This document shows positions 1-12,376 of a DNA stretch of 64,000 nt, one piece after another. Below the pieces are notes generated by a model, which worked only from the letters and a program-made list of their open reading frames with translations, had not been told where the DNA came from and ran no database searches. Origin of the DNA: a virus; IMG/VR virus record IMGVR_UViG_3300017589_000061, positions 73,367 to 137,366 of that record. One strand, given 5' to 3'. A program made the position numbers and the translations under genes. How positions within the stretch are numbered: position 1 is the first letter of the stretch; each line of letters opens with the position of its first letter.

Positions 1-784
1 ACGCAGATAAGTTGGATTTTATGGATGATGATTGTGATATACAAGGCTTTCCAATTGAAGATGAAGGAGAGAAAATGAATAGTACAGAAAAAGCAAATTT
101 ATATAATGAAACTTTAAAAAAGATAGAGGATTTGTTAATAGAAACAGATTCTAAATTAGGTGATATGCAATCGTTAGAAATATTATCTTCTATAGTTAGA
201 GATTATGATTTAATAACAGCAAGTAATTTAATTAAAATGAATTGTGATCCATACCTTACTAAATCAATATTAGAGGATAGAATGTATGGCGAAGGAAATG
301 AAGAAGCAGGATTCATATCATTAACATCTTTACTTGAATCAGTTGAAGAAATAATAAATTGTGATGATAGTGATATGGGTGAAGTTAAATTTCAATATCT
401 TGTCCGACCTGAAACATCAGAAGAAGCAGAAGAAAATGAGCATGATGAATCTGATGCTACATGGTATATAAAAGATGAAAATATTGATATTGAAAAGTTA
501 AATATTCAATTTGAATTTGAATAAAATTAGGAATTTATAAGGAGAGATAAAATGAAAGAAGTTAAATTATATGTTGAAGATAATGGTTATAGAGATTACG
601 AAGATACGGATACATTACTAGACCAATTAAAAAAGGAATATGATAAACCAAGACCTGTAGTTTTACAATTATATGATAATGAGGGACAAATAATTATTGG
701 TAGATGCACTTGTGTAATTGGAACATTAAAAAATGGTTCTTTTCTTTTAACTGGCAATATTGATGATATTCTCTGTGAAAAGTA

Positions 785-828
785 ATAAAACTAGGGTTTT
801 ATGAGAATTATAACGTTGAAATTTCAAC
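785..828. repeat. Composite site: A + 12 bp + B
   Basis: ATAAAA-CTAGGG-TTTTAT (785-802); GTTGAAATTTCAAC (815-828). Confidence 0.9.
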
Positions 829-1596
829 GATTTAAGGAGAGTGAAAATGGATATATTAGAAAGTAAAGACGTAATTACAAAAAAAGAACATAATTGTTTT
901 GGTTGTGGGAGAAAATTCCCAAAAGGATCAAAGTTAAATTTCACAAAATCAGTCGATGGTGGAGAATTTGCAAGTGCTTATTGGTGTAAAACTTGTCAAG
1001 AATATTGGGAAAAAAATATGTCATATGACGATGAAATAGGCTATGGGGAATTAAAATCAGAAGATTTTAGAGTATGGGAAATAATCAGAAAGGAAGTTGA
1101 AGTAAATGAATAAATTCGAACACTTCACAGATGATGAATTATACATATTGAAACGTCAAGCAATAGAATCATCTTGGGAAATTTGTGGATGTGGAGCATA
1201 TAACGAATTTGAAGTTAGATTACATGAAAAGTTAATGAATGAAATTGCAGATGAAGTTAAAACGAGAGGGTGTTAGAATGTTAAAAGTAAAAGATTCAGT
1301 AGGTGGAATTTACAAGAGAACTAAAGATGGGAAAGAAGAATGGTATCTACTTGAAGATACAATTAACAAAATTGTTGAAAATGGGAAAGGTAGAAAATAT
1401 TATACAAAGTCAAAATTTGTTCCTTTAGACGCAGATGATATTGACGATAATACAGAAATTTTGGAAAATGCCAAAGGATATATTATTACAAGAGAAGTAT
1501 TCGGGTTGAATGATATTACTCGACCTAAAGCGGAAAATTGGGTTGAATGGGCGAATGAAAATATGGATAAAGCAGTAAGTGTTTTTGAATAGGGTG

Positions 1597-1640
1597 ATAA
1601 ATTCGTTGTTTTATTAGAAGCATGATGTTGAAATTACAAC
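1597..1640. repeat. Composite site: A + 12 bp + B
   Basis: ATAAAT-TCGTTG-TTTTAT; GTTGAAATTACAAC (1627-1640). Confidence 0.85.
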
Positions 1641-2721
1641 GTTTATGGGAGGTGAAAAAATGAAAAATAAAGATAATACAATATATAAAGTATACATAAT
1701 TGAAAACGTCACAATTTTAATTTTAGCAGGGTTTTTATGTTATATATTCAAGAGCTTATGGGGATTGTTACCCTTAGTATGTTTAAATACAGGTGTTAAA
1801 ACAAGAAGTAATGATGATGAAGAATAGAAGAAGTAATTTAAACGAAACAAGGCTAAATTTAAAAATGACCGCATTTGATTTAAAAATATGAATAATAAAA
1901 GGGGAGTAAAATGGATAACCAATTTACAAATAGTATAACAAAAAAATTAATAGAAATACACAAAGAAGAGCAGAGGGATTTTCTTACTGGCGAAAAAGAT
2001 TTATTAGTTCCAAAAAATGAATTTATAGATAAGATAATGAAATATGAAAATGGAGAAAGTTATCTTGAAGTAATTTCTATGGAAAATTCTATTTTTGAAA
2101 GACAAGGGTTGGTTCATGGTTTTTCAGATGAAAATTGGGATACATATTTTAAAATACCTAATTGGGATAATTTTATGAGTGGAGTATATGCATTTTATAT
2201 AGCTTGTTATGCTGATGAAGATGAAGAAGAATAAATTAAAATAAAAGGTGTGTTTTAATATAAAAGGAGATTAAATTATGTTGACAGTTAGGGAAGCATC
2301 AATTATATCAGCATATACAGGGGTTTTAATTGGCGAATTTAGTGACATGTGTAAATATATCGAAGAGAAGTTAGATAGACCAGTTTTTACTCATGAATTA
2401 GGAAATAGTGACGTGTGGGAAGAATTAAAAGCAGTTTGTAAGGAAGATTTTATAAATATTCCAATAGAAAAATAGATAAATTAAAAGGGGTGTAAAAATG
2501 CTTTTAGATAAAGAAGATAGATTTTTATTAGTTGATGAAGATGGTAATGTAGTTATTGTAACAGAAATAGAAACGAATCATTTATTGACAATGAATTCAT
2601 CTATGCCAGTAAGAGGTAAATTAATAAGATTAGATTATGAAGATTTAAATGTTGATAGTATTGAAGATGTAGAAGTACAATTAAGTTTTTATATAGAAAA
2701 TATTGAAAATATTACAAAAAG

Positions 2722-2775
2722 ATAAAAGAACTCTTTTATTACTTATAGTGAAGATTTAGATATTGAAATTTCAAT
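2722..2775. repeat. Composite site: A + 22 bp + B
   Basis: ATAAAA-GAACTC-TTTTAT; ATTGAAATTTCAAT (2762-2775). Confidence 0.85.
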
Positions 2776-3576
2776 AAAAAAGGAGAATTAAATGATAATA
2801 GAAAATGCTTTAATAATGAATATTATGAAAACTGAAAATGGGCTAGATATAACAAAAGAAATGGTTGAAAATTCCTTAGAGAGTTTTATAAATGCTCCGA
2901 TAGTTTATAATGAAATGGGTACGTTTAAAGACTATAAGGATGAGTCATTTAAAGATTATTTTAAAAAGAATATAGTTATTGGTATGGTATTAAAAAATGT
3001 AAATATTGCAAATGATGAAGTTAGAGCTAATATTTTAATATATGACGGATGTATAAATCTTTGGGCAGATAAATATGATAATTGGTGCATTAAATTAGCT
3101 GAAGATAAGAAAAGTTTTACCGTTGATTCAATAGAAGTATTTTAAATAGAAAGTATATTTTATGGGAGACAAAAATATGGATATGTATACTAAATGTAAT
3201 AATTGTAAAAAAGAATTAAATATTGAAGATGCAAAAAAGCAAATTGTAAATAATGGGATTTGGATGAATGAAAAGATAATTTGTAAAGATTGTTATGAAA
3301 AAGAAATAAAAAAGTTAATACAACAGTTATGTAAAACCTATAATTTAAAATATGAAAACTGTTTTACTGAAATAAAAAATAATCATTTGCTGATAAAAAC
3401 AGAATTAGGTGAAATTAACAAAGAATATTACGGTACAGATACTTATTATTTTGTAATAGACACTTATAATAATATTAGATGGATACAAAAAGATGATATA
3501 GAATTTAATTTACATAATGAAAATAATAATGCTATTGAAAGAATGATTGAATTAATAAAATTTATGTGTGATAAAT

Positions 3577-3630
3577 ATTGAAATTTCAACGTTTAAAATT
3601 GTAAAGATTATGATAAAATGAGATTTTTAT
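3577..3630. repeat. Composite site: B + 22 bp + A (reversed order)
   Basis: ATTGAAATTTCAAC (3577-3590); ATAAAA-TGAGAT-TTTTAT (3613-3630). Confidence 0.85.
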
Positions 3631-3827
3631 CGGGAGGGCGAAAATCATGAGTGATACTCATCTTAATGGTAAATATATTAAAAGTATTGATAGAATTGAT
3701 GACAAAACAATTCACATCAATCTAAAAAATGGAAAAATTGTAGTGATAAGAGCTACAATGTGTGATTATGATGATTGTGAATTGATTATTAGAAGATAAA
3801 ATTCAGACTTTATCAGGAGGTTAAAAA

Positions 3828-4142
3828 GTGAATGCAAATGTAAATGACATTGAAACAGCAATAAGCGAAGTAAAATATCATATGAATGGAAAGTCAGAAA
3901 TTAGTCCAAAATCTTATAAAATTATTATTGAAGCTTTAGGGATACAAGTACCTGAACACCCAAGATATAATCATAGTTATGAATATGCTGACATAGATGG
4001 GAATAGGGGTATTTGGGTGGATTTTATACATTGTCCTAATTGCGGGTATGATTTATGTGATGAAGAAGAACCTGAACGTTGTCCAGAATGCGAGCAATTA
4101 TTGGACTGGGGACTTCCTGAAGAAGATTACTGGGAGTATTAA
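3828..4142 (+). CDS. Zn-ribbon phage protein
   Basis: CPNC...CPEC.QLLDW; paralogous C-terminus in 4539-4880. Confidence 0.6.
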   Translation: MNANVNDIETAISEVKYHMNGKSEISPKSYKIIIEALGIQVPEHPRYNHSYEYADIDGNRGIWVDFIHCPNCGYDLCDEEEPERCPECEQLLDWGLPEEDYWEY

Positions 4143-4538
4143 GAGGTGGAATATGGAATTAAATAAACATGGTGTAAATGCTTGCATAAAAGCACACTTA
4201 TTGCCAGATACAGAAATGAGAAAAATAGGATTTACAGATTACAGAGAAGGGTATTGGTATTTTTGCAGAGATTTAGGGTATGAGATATCTTTTAATGTTA
4301 CTATAAACAAGAATGACGTTGAAGATTTATGCATTGATGTTTTGGATGAAGATTTTGGTCAGCCATATGATTATCAAAAATATTTAAAAAACATTCCAGA
4401 AAATGAATTTGTGCTTAAAATAAAAGATAAAGTTGAACATTGGATGGAATATTTACAGACAAATGGTGTGTTGAGTGGACACATTAAAGGCGAGTATATT
4501 TAAGATAGAATCAAAAATTTATAAGGAGGTAGAAATAA

Positions 4539-4880
4539 ATGGAAATTAAACAATTAATAAATTATTGCGATATGCAAATAAAGCGTTATGAGGACAATAT
4601 TGAAACACTAAGATTATCGGCTAATCCTACATATGATTGGAATAAACATAATATATTTATAGATAAAATACAAAAATACAAAGATTTAAAACAAATTTGT
4701 AAAAAACAAATACCTCAAAACCCAATTACATTAAAGTATCAACCACTTATAGATTATGGTTGGGAACATAGTTGTCCAACGTGTAATTGTGCAGCAGGCA
4801 TTAATAGTCATGGATATGATTTTACGCAAGAAGATAACTATTGTCCTAATTGTGGTCAAAAATTAGATTGGGGAAGATAA
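4539..4880 (+). CDS. Zn-ribbon phage protein
   Basis: KQIP...CPTC...YCPNCGQKLDW. Confidence 0.6.
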   Translation: MEIKQLINYCDMQIKRYEDNIETLRLSANPTYDWNKHNIFIDKIQKYKDLKQICKKQIPQNPITLKYQPLIDYGWEHSCPTCNCAAGINSHGYDFTQEDNYCPNCGQKLDWGR

Positions 4881-5144
4881 TTAAAATCGAAGTTTTAATA
4901 GGAGGGAATATGAAAGAATTATTTATGCAAATTGAAATTTATGAAGCTAAATTAAATAGAACAACTTGTTTTGATAACATTGTAAATATGAAGGTTTTAA
5001 ATAACAATTTAATTATAAAAGATGAAAATGGCTGGTCAACAAATATTGAAATTAATGAAGGTATCGAAGTTAAAGTTAATTTTTATAATTTAGATGATGA
5101 TGAATTTGAAATTTAATTAATAGTAGAATTATATTAAAAAAGAA

Positions 5145-5173
5145 TTGACAATTCACAAAACAAAGAATATAAT
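5145..5173 (+). promoter_or_regulatory. SigA-type promoter
   Basis: TTGACA-17-TATAAT (perfect consensus). Confidence 0.85.
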
Positions 5174-5906
5174 ATTACAAAAGGGGTGAAGTAATGGAAA
5201 TAAAATTAAATGATGTTTATAAATTTAGGTATCACGAAGAAGTACGGAATAAAAAAGCGTTTGATTCTTATTGGTGTTTTGATGGTAAATTAATTGTAAA
5301 AGAAAATAAAGACGGTTTATATTTACAAGATACGTACTTGAATAGTGGTGATGATAGACGCTTTACATTAAATGAAGCTCTAAAGCAAGGAATACTCACT
5401 TTTATATGTAATTTAGATGATGTTGAAGAAATAGGGGAATATAATATTCAATATTACAATGATGAAGATGTATTTGATTTATCAACTCAAAAAGGGTGTC
5501 GTAAAAAATATTGTATTAAAAAGGGAACAAAACGTTCAGCAGAAAAAATGAAGAGTGTGTTGAATGAGAAAATTGAAGATTCGGAACGTAAAATAGAATA
5601 GTTAACTTCTGATATAAAAAGATATAAAGAAAAGTTACAAGAAGTAGAAAACGGGAATTTAGATATTTATATTTAAGGTTATATTTATAAAAGGAGTGAA
5701 AAGTGAAATAATGACTAGACATAAGTATATGAAGGTAATAAAACATATTAAAAGATTATTTTGTTATCACAAATGGGATATAGTAGGAAATCCTTATTTG
5801 TGGGATTATGGTAAAACTAAAAGAGCAAGTGTCAGATGTATAAAGTGCAATAAATTATCAGATATTGACATCTTTGATACGCCTAAAAGAAGATTATATT
5901 AAAAAG

Positions 5907-5960
5907 ATAAAATAACGGTTTTATCCGAATTATAGGTCGAAAAAACGTTGAAATTTCAAT
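5907..5960. repeat. Composite site: A + 22 bp + B
   Basis: GATAAAA-TAACGG-TTTTATC; GTTGAAATTTCAAT (5947-5960). Confidence 0.9.
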
Positions 5961-5997
5961 GGTTATGGAATGTATAAAATTTAAAAAGGAGTAATAA

Positions 5998-6690
5998 ATG
6001 TTAGGATTAAATAAATTATATCAAGGTGACACATTAAAACTAATAAAACAAATTGACAGTGAAAGTATTGACTTAATAGTAACTGATCCACCATATCCAA
6101 CAACCAAAAGAGGTATAAGTAAGAATACAACAACTGGGGGAATGATGGTAAGCGAATTAGGTAAGCAAGGGAAAATGTTTGAACATAATAATATAAGTCC
6201 CAAAGAATACATACCAGAGTTTTACAGAGTTTTAAAAGAAAATTCACATTTTTATATTATGACAAATCATGTAAATTTACAAGAGATGTTGAATGTTTGT
6301 ACTGAAAATGGATTTCACTTTATTAAGTCTTTAATTTGGAAAAAAGATAATAAAATTATGGGGCAGTGGTATATGTCACAATTTGAATATATATTATTTT
6401 TTAGAAAAGGAAAAGCAAAAAGAATTAATAAATGTGGAACTTCAGATGTACTAGAAGTTGCTAATAAGAAAACTAAAAGTGAGGATGGTAAAAATCTGCA
6501 CGATACAGAAAAACCTATTGAGTTAATGCAAATATTAATAGAAAATTCGAGTCAAGAAAATGACATACTTTTAGAGCCGTTTGCTGGAATTGGTGCAACG
6601 TTAATCGCATGCAAAAATTGCAATAGGCAATACATAGGTTTTGAAATTGATGAAAGTTATTATAATATAGCGTTTCAAAGATTAAATTAA
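5998..6690 (+). CDS. DNA N6-adenine/N4-cytosine methyltransferase (beta class)
   Basis: DLIVTDPPY precedes HDTEKP and EPFAGIG (SAM-binding motif). Confidence 0.9.
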   Translation: MLGLNKLYQGDTLKLIKQIDSESIDLIVTDPPYPTTKRGISKNTTTGGMMVSELGKQGKMFEHNNISPKEYIPEFYRVLKENSHFYIMTNHVNLQEMLNVCTENGFHFIKSLIWKKDNKIMGQWYMSQFEYILFFRKGKAKRINKCGTSDVLEVANKKTKSEDGKNLHDTEKPIELMQILIENSSQENDILLEPFAGIGATLIACKNCNRQYIGFEIDESYYNIAFQRLN

Positions 6691-8784
6691 AAATATAAAT
6701 AAAAGGATAAAATATGGCAAAATTAAAAAATGATTGGAGCAACGCATTTAGAGGTAGTTTTGAAACCGAAGAAGATGTGATTGAATTTATTTTTAAAAAT
6801 TTAGATACAAAAAATTGGGAAGATAGTTATATAGATATGGGTGGATATGGCGAACCTAACGAATGTTTCAAACAAACAGTTGGAGATAAGAAGAATTTAT
6901 TGTATGAGTTTATAATGAGTTTAATAAAACCATAAAAGGAATCTTTTAAGAGGTGAATAATATGAGTATAGGATTTAACTGGTTTAAAAGTTATAGAATT
7001 GATGAAATAGATTACGGTGAATATGTAGGTATTGAGTACAATTTGGAATATCTTGATGGATATTCAACTTCTCATAGTGCTGGGAATATTATAAAATTAC
7101 AAAATATTTTTCAAAAATATTTTAATATAGAAATTCCTACCATTGACACATATTGTATATATAGTAAAGAACAAGATTTAAAACTAATAGAACCTAAATG
7201 CATGTTTAAAATGTGTGATGAATTATTGAATAGTGGTAATGATTTACAGGGCATGGAAGATAGAATCGCATGGATTAAAGAATTATCAGCAGAGGGGTAT
7301 TATGTTAGCTATGATAACACATAGATACTATAAAAAATCATTTATTGGGAGGTAAAAATGAATAAGATGATAATAAACCCGTCAATAAATTTAAACGAAT
7401 TATGTTCTTGGTGGGACGACAATGGGAAAGAATTTAAAATAATAGATTCTTTTGGAGAAGAGTTTGTGACTATAAACAAAGAAACAAGAGAGGTTTATAA
7501 TTATGGTTATAATGGAATGTTATCTGAATGGTATAATGCAAGAATATTAATCGAAGATAATAATTTAGACACTACATTATGTTTTCCACATACTATAGGA
7601 AGAATTACATTTTATACGAGACAAGAATTAGAGAGTTGGGTATTAAGTAAACAAATGTAATTATATTAAAAAGGAGATATAAAATGGATAAACAATTTCA
7701 AGTTGATAGAGAAATATTAATGTACGCAATGAGATACGCATTAGGCAGAATGACATTTGCACCAATGACAGTAGTTGAAAATATTAAGCACAATATTGAT
7801 TTATTTTCAGAAGGCGATTTGGAAATATTTATTAGAGATATTGAAGAACAAGAAAGCTATGGTAGGCAAGCGTTAGGAATGAATTGTGATGTAGAAACAT
7901 GGTTAAGTTTTAAACAATATTTAAAAGATAGAATACAAAAGGAGTTGTAAACATGGAAAATTTAAGTATAAAAGAAGTAGCAGAATATGTTATTAAGAAT
8001 CATCCAGAGTCTTGTATAGCATACAATGTAAAAGATTATACAAATGAATACGAAGGAATATTAATAGATGAATTAGATAGTTTTTTTACATATGACATAA
8101 TAGGGATATGTGGCTGTGGCGACCCTGATTTATGCAAAAAAGATATAAGAGATATTTTAAATATTATTTATGAATATGATAATTCAGAAGATGATTTTAG
8201 CAAAAAATATGAAGTAAAGCAAAATAGGTTATTAGATAGATTTGGATGTATGAGTGTTTATGATAATTCTTTGTTATTGTTTATGGTTTACATATTAGAC
8301 AATGTGGGATTACTAGAACATGGAAGTGGTATTGGTGGTGCTTGGATAACAAATTTAGGCAATATGTGTAGAGTAGTATATAATAATTTAAAGCTTGATG
8401 AAGAAGATTAAAACATTGCTTTTATTAGGTTGATAATAATTCAAAAATACTTTATAATATTTTAAAGGATGTGATAAATTTGAATAAAAGTCATTTTGGT
8501 GAATGGAATAGACCTTTAAAATATAAAAGAATGGTCGAACGTGTAATAGCAGTACAATTATTTGATGTATGGAACACCCCACCAACAAAAGCATATGTTC
8601 ATTATTATGATGCTGATAATGGTTTTGATATGAGTAATCCAATAAAAATATATCAAAGAAAAAATGGAACGTATTATGTACAATTTGAAGGGTATAGATT
8701 CGATATTGATGTTTTATTAGGAAATAAAGAACAATTCATATAATAATATTAACTTAATAAATAAATTAAAAAGGAAGTGGTGTA

Positions 8785-9258
8785 TTGTTAAACGATTCAT
8801 TGTTTAGTAGTAAAGATCAAGCGTGGGAAACTCCACAAGATTTATTTGATAAATTAAATTCAGTTTTTAATTTTAAAATAGATGTTTGTGCAGTTCCAGA
8901 AACAGCAAAATGTAATACATATTTTACACCAGAAATAGATGGGTTAAAACAAGAATGGAAAGGTAATTGTTGGATGAATCCACCATATGGTAGAGAACAA
9001 ATTAAATGGATTGAGAAAGCAAGTAATGAAAATGCAACAACAGTTTGTTTAATTCCTGCAAGACCTGATACAAAAGTATGGCATGAAACAATATTTAAAA
9101 AAGCCAAAGCTGTTTGTTTTATAAAAGGAAGATTAAAATTTGGTGGCAGTAAAGATTCAGCACCATTTCCAAGTGCCTTAATAGTATTCGGAAATGAATT
9201 GACAGATGATCAGAGAAAAGTATTAAATGAGTTGGGTAAATTATACATAGAAAATTAA
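8785..9258 (+). CDS. Phage N6-adenine DNA methyltransferase (phage Dam-like family)
   Basis: WETPQDLF, DGLKQEW, WMNPPY, GRLKFG, APFPS motifs. Confidence 0.88.
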   Translation: MLNDSLFSSKDQAWETPQDLFDKLNSVFNFKIDVCAVPETAKCNTYFTPEIDGLKQEWKGNCWMNPPYGREQIKWIEKASNENATTVCLIPARPDTKVWHETIFKKAKAVCFIKGRLKFGGSKDSAPFPSALIVFGNELTDDQRKVLNELGKLYIEN

Positions 9259-9267
9259 ATTAAAATG

Positions 9268-9321
9268 ATAAAACCAAGATTTTATTATACAAAATCAAAA
9301 ATTGAGCGTTGAAATTGCAAC
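9268..9321. repeat. Composite site: A + 22 bp + B
   Basis: ATAAAA-CCAAGA-TTTTAT; GTTGAAATTGCAAC (9308-9321). Confidence 0.9.
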
Positions 9322-9339
9322 GAATTTAGGAGGTAAGAA

Positions 9340-9678
9340 ATGAATAAAATTGAAAATGCAATTATGAATTTAAAATCACTAGACAATCAAGCAGATTTAT
9401 ATGGTTTTCAAATAGATACTATAAATTTAGCAATAGAAGCACTTGAAAGGCAATTAAATAATGGTTGGATTCCTACAAAACAAAGATTACCAAATATGAA
9501 AGAATGTCAAAAGAATGATTGTAGATTTATTGTTACAGACGGAAATAGAGTTTATGGAGATAGTTTTGATTATCTTGCTGATGGATACATAGAACCAAAA
9601 TGGGTTTATTCGTCAATGTGTGAACCGATAGCATGGCAAGAGTTACCTGAAAGATATAAGGAGGTAAAAAATGAATAA
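9340..9678 (+). CDS. DUF551-like phage protein
   Basis: AIEALERQL..GWIP...LP...IAWQELPE. Confidence 0.65.
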   Translation: MNKIENAIMNLKSLDNQADLYGFQIDTINLAIEALERQLNNGWIPTKQRLPNMKECQKNDCRFIVTDGNRVYGDSFDYLADGYIEPKWVYSSMCEPIAWQELPERYKEVKNE

Positions 9679-10021
9679 TGTTGAGATTAAAAAAGCAATA
9701 TATACAATAGAACATTTTCAAGAACTTATTGGCGATTATGAAACCAGAGAACATATAGAGGATTTAATAGATTCAATAGATTTAGCAATTGAAGCACTTG
9801 AAAAACAATTAAATGGTGGTTGGATATTATGCAATGAAAAATTACCAGATGATATACCACCAGATAATAATTTTGGTGTTGATTATTGGATTACATATTT
9901 AGATGAATATAATAATCCTGCGGTTGGAGTGTATGAGTGGTTGTGGAATAGAAAATGGAATATAATACATAAAGTTATAGCTTGGCAACCATTACCAAAA
10001 GAATACAAAGAATTAAGTTAA
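9671..10021 (+). CDS. DUF551-like phage protein (tandem paralogue)
   Basis: AIEALEKQL..GWI...LP...IAWQPLP. Confidence 0.65.
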   Translation: MNNVEIKKAIYTIEHFQELIGDYETREHIEDLIDSIDLAIEALEKQLNGGWILCNEKLPDDIPPDNNFGVDYWITYLDEYNNPAVGVYEWLWNRKWNIIHKVIAWQPLPKEYKELS

Positions 10022-10301
10022 AATATAAAACGAGGCTTTATTGGGAGGTTAATAATATGTCAAAAGAAACAGCTATAAATGTTATTAAAGCATTTTTAAA
10101 TGGTGGCATAAAGGCAGATGATAACGCATTTAAAGTAGCTTGTAAAATTGCAATAGAAGTAATGGAAGAAAGTCCCAAACAATCTATATTCTCAGATGAC
10201 CTTATAAATCATCTGATAGATAAACATATTGCTGAAATTGTAAGTAATAATTAATAATAGAATCTATAATTTAATGATATTTAAAAAAGGGAGAAAATAA
10301 A

Positions 10302-11492
10302 ATGAATTATGAATTTGAAAAGAAAAAATTAAAAGCATACTTAGGAAGTAACATATATAATTCCTTAAAAGCAAGACAATGTATTATAGCTGGTGGTATG
10401 ATAACAAGTTTATTTTGTAACAGAGAAATAAATGATGTAGATGTTTATTTTAGGGATAATGATTCTTTAGAATGTTTTCTTAATGAAAATATAAGAAATA
10501 ATACGTGGATATTAAGTAAAACAGATAAAGCTTTATTAATTAATTGGAATAAATTAAAAATTCAGCTTATATATTTTGATACTTTTGACAACGTACAAGA
10601 TTTATTTGAAACATTTGATTTTACTGCTTGCATGGGAGCTTATGATTTTAAGATTGAAGAGTTCGTATTGCATGAAGATTTTATAAAACATAATGCTCAA
10701 AGAATATTAAAATTTAATGCTAAAACAGCATATCCATTGGTTTCAGCTTTTAGACTTGATAAATATAAGTTAAAAGGTTATACAATAAGCAAAGACGAAT
10801 TTATGAGGATCATGCTAACTTGCTCATTATTAAATATTGATACATACGAACAATTCAAAGAACAAATAGGTGGAATGTACGGAATAAATTATGATAAATT
10901 TTTAAAGCCAAAAGAAGGCGAGAAATTCGATTTATTAGATACCATAGAAAAAATGTCAACGCTGTGTTTGAATGATGAATATTTTAATGGAATAAATACT
11001 GATTTTGTAATTGATGATTTTAATATTCTAATAGCTGAAATTACAAAAAATAAGATAAAATATTTTGAATTCAAAGATAATTATTATATACATACATTTG
11101 ACGGGATTTCACATATATCAATTTCAGAAATAGAGAAAAATGTAAATCTTTATGAAAAAGTAGATTTATTCGATAGCATAATAAAAGACGGTAAACTTTA
11201 TAAATATGTTATGAAGAAAAATAATAAATATTATAGCTTTTATGATACAGGTTTTGAATACAAAATAAGCAAAGATATTATTGCTCAAGAAACAAATAGT
11301 TTTAGTAATGCAGGAATTTATTGTGGTATGTATGATGACAGATTAAGTTTTTCCTATTCATGTTATGATGATTCTGTATTGATAGAAATAGAAGTTAAAA
11401 GTGAAGATTTGATAGGAATTGATTATAATGGAATGTTTAAATTTAAAAAGGCTAAATTTATCAGAAAAATGGAAAAGGATTCTATAAATTAA
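10302..11492 (+). CDS. Pol-beta superfamily nucleotidyltransferase (CCA/poly(A) polymerase-like head)
   Basis: IAGG...NDVDVYF and FDFT motifs in the N-terminal half. Confidence 0.65.
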   Translation: MNYEFEKKKLKAYLGSNIYNSLKARQCIIAGGMITSLFCNREINDVDVYFRDNDSLECFLNENIRNNTWILSKTDKALLINWNKLKIQLIYFDTFDNVQDLFETFDFTACMGAYDFKIEEFVLHEDFIKHNAQRILKFNAKTAYPLVSAFRLDKYKLKGYTISKDEFMRIMLTCSLLNIDTYEQFKEQIGGMYGINYDKFLKPKEGEKFDLLDTIEKMSTLCLNDEYFNGINTDFVIDDFNILIAEITKNKIKYFEFKDNYYIHTFDGISHISISEIEKNVNLYEKVDLFDSIIKDGKLYKYVMKKNNKYYSFYDTGFEYKISKDIIAQETNSFSNAGIYCGMYDDRLSFSYSCYDDSVLIEIEVKSEDLIGIDYNGMFKFKKAKFIRKMEKDSIN

Positions 11493-11510
11493 GTTAAAAA
11501 TGTAAAGTAC

Positions 11511-11564
11511 ATAAAATTTACATTTTATCGTACAAAACAAGAAAATAAGTGTTGAAATTTCAAC
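11511..11564. repeat. Composite site: A + 22 bp + B
   Basis: ATAAAA-TTTACA-TTTTAT; GTTGAAATTTCAAC (11551-11564). Confidence 0.9.
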
Positions 11565-11581
11565 AAAAAAGGAGTAGTAAT

Positions 11582-12376
11582 TTGGCAAAGATAGAAAATG
11601 ATAAATATTATACATCAAAAGAATTAGCTAAATACTGTATAGATAAAACATATAAAATTATTGGTTATGACAATATTTCAGAGGTGATTGAACCATCGGC
11701 AGGAAGTGGAAATTTTAGTTTACAGATATCTACTATTTGTTGGGCGTATGATATTGAACCTGAACACGAAACTATTATAAAAGCTGATTTTCTTGAAAAA
11801 GAATTTAATTATTTAGATGGTAGGTTGATAATAGGTAATCCCCCATATGGTAGATGTTTAAATTTAGCACAGAAATTTTTTAAAAAATCAACTAAATTAG
11901 GTGATTATATAGCTTTTATATTACCGATAAGTCAACTCAATAATACACAAAGTTTTTATGAGTTTGATTTAATACATAGTGAAGATTTAGGTAAACAAAC
12001 TTATACTGATAGAGAATTACATTGTTGCTTTAATATTTATCAAAGACCTGAAAGTGGAGAATTGAATAAAAGACCAATAAATAAATTAAAAGACATTTCA
12101 ATCATAAGACAAGATAGTAAAGGTTATAAAGAAAAAGATTTTGACATTAGAATGTGTTATTGGGGTGATGGTACAGCAGGAAAAATACTCAACAATGACG
12201 AAAATTATTCTGCCGAATATAAGATACAAATACATAATGAGCAGTTAAAAGATAGGATAATTGAAGTCTTAACTAATTTTAATTGGAAAGAATACTTGAA
12301 TTGTATAGCAATGAGAAAAATTCAACAATTTCATATTATTGATGTATTAAAGAAACAAATATCAGAAATAAATTAA
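11582..12376 (+). CDS. DNA adenine methyltransferase (gamma class)
   Basis: DKYYT, IEPSAGSG, IGNPPY; start placed at TTG 11582 after GGAG. Confidence 0.8.
   Translation: MAKIENDKYYTSKELAKYCIDKTYKIIGYDNISEVIEPSAGSGNFSLQISTICWAYDIEPEHETIIKADFLEKEFNYLDGRLIIGNPPYGRCLNLAQKFFKKSTKLGDYIAFILPISQLNNTQSFYEFDLIHSEDLGKQTYTDRELHCCFNIYQRPESGELNKRPINKLKDISIIRQDSKGYKEKDFDIRMCYWGDGTAGKILNNDENYSAEYKIQIHNEQLKDRIIEVLTNFNWKEYLNCIAMRKIQQFHIIDVLKKQISEIN

Noticed and set aside
5599-5601. Genome-wide TAG recoding
   Set aside because: Long genes are intact in code 11 and several genes end normally at TAG; only one interrupted ORF was noticed
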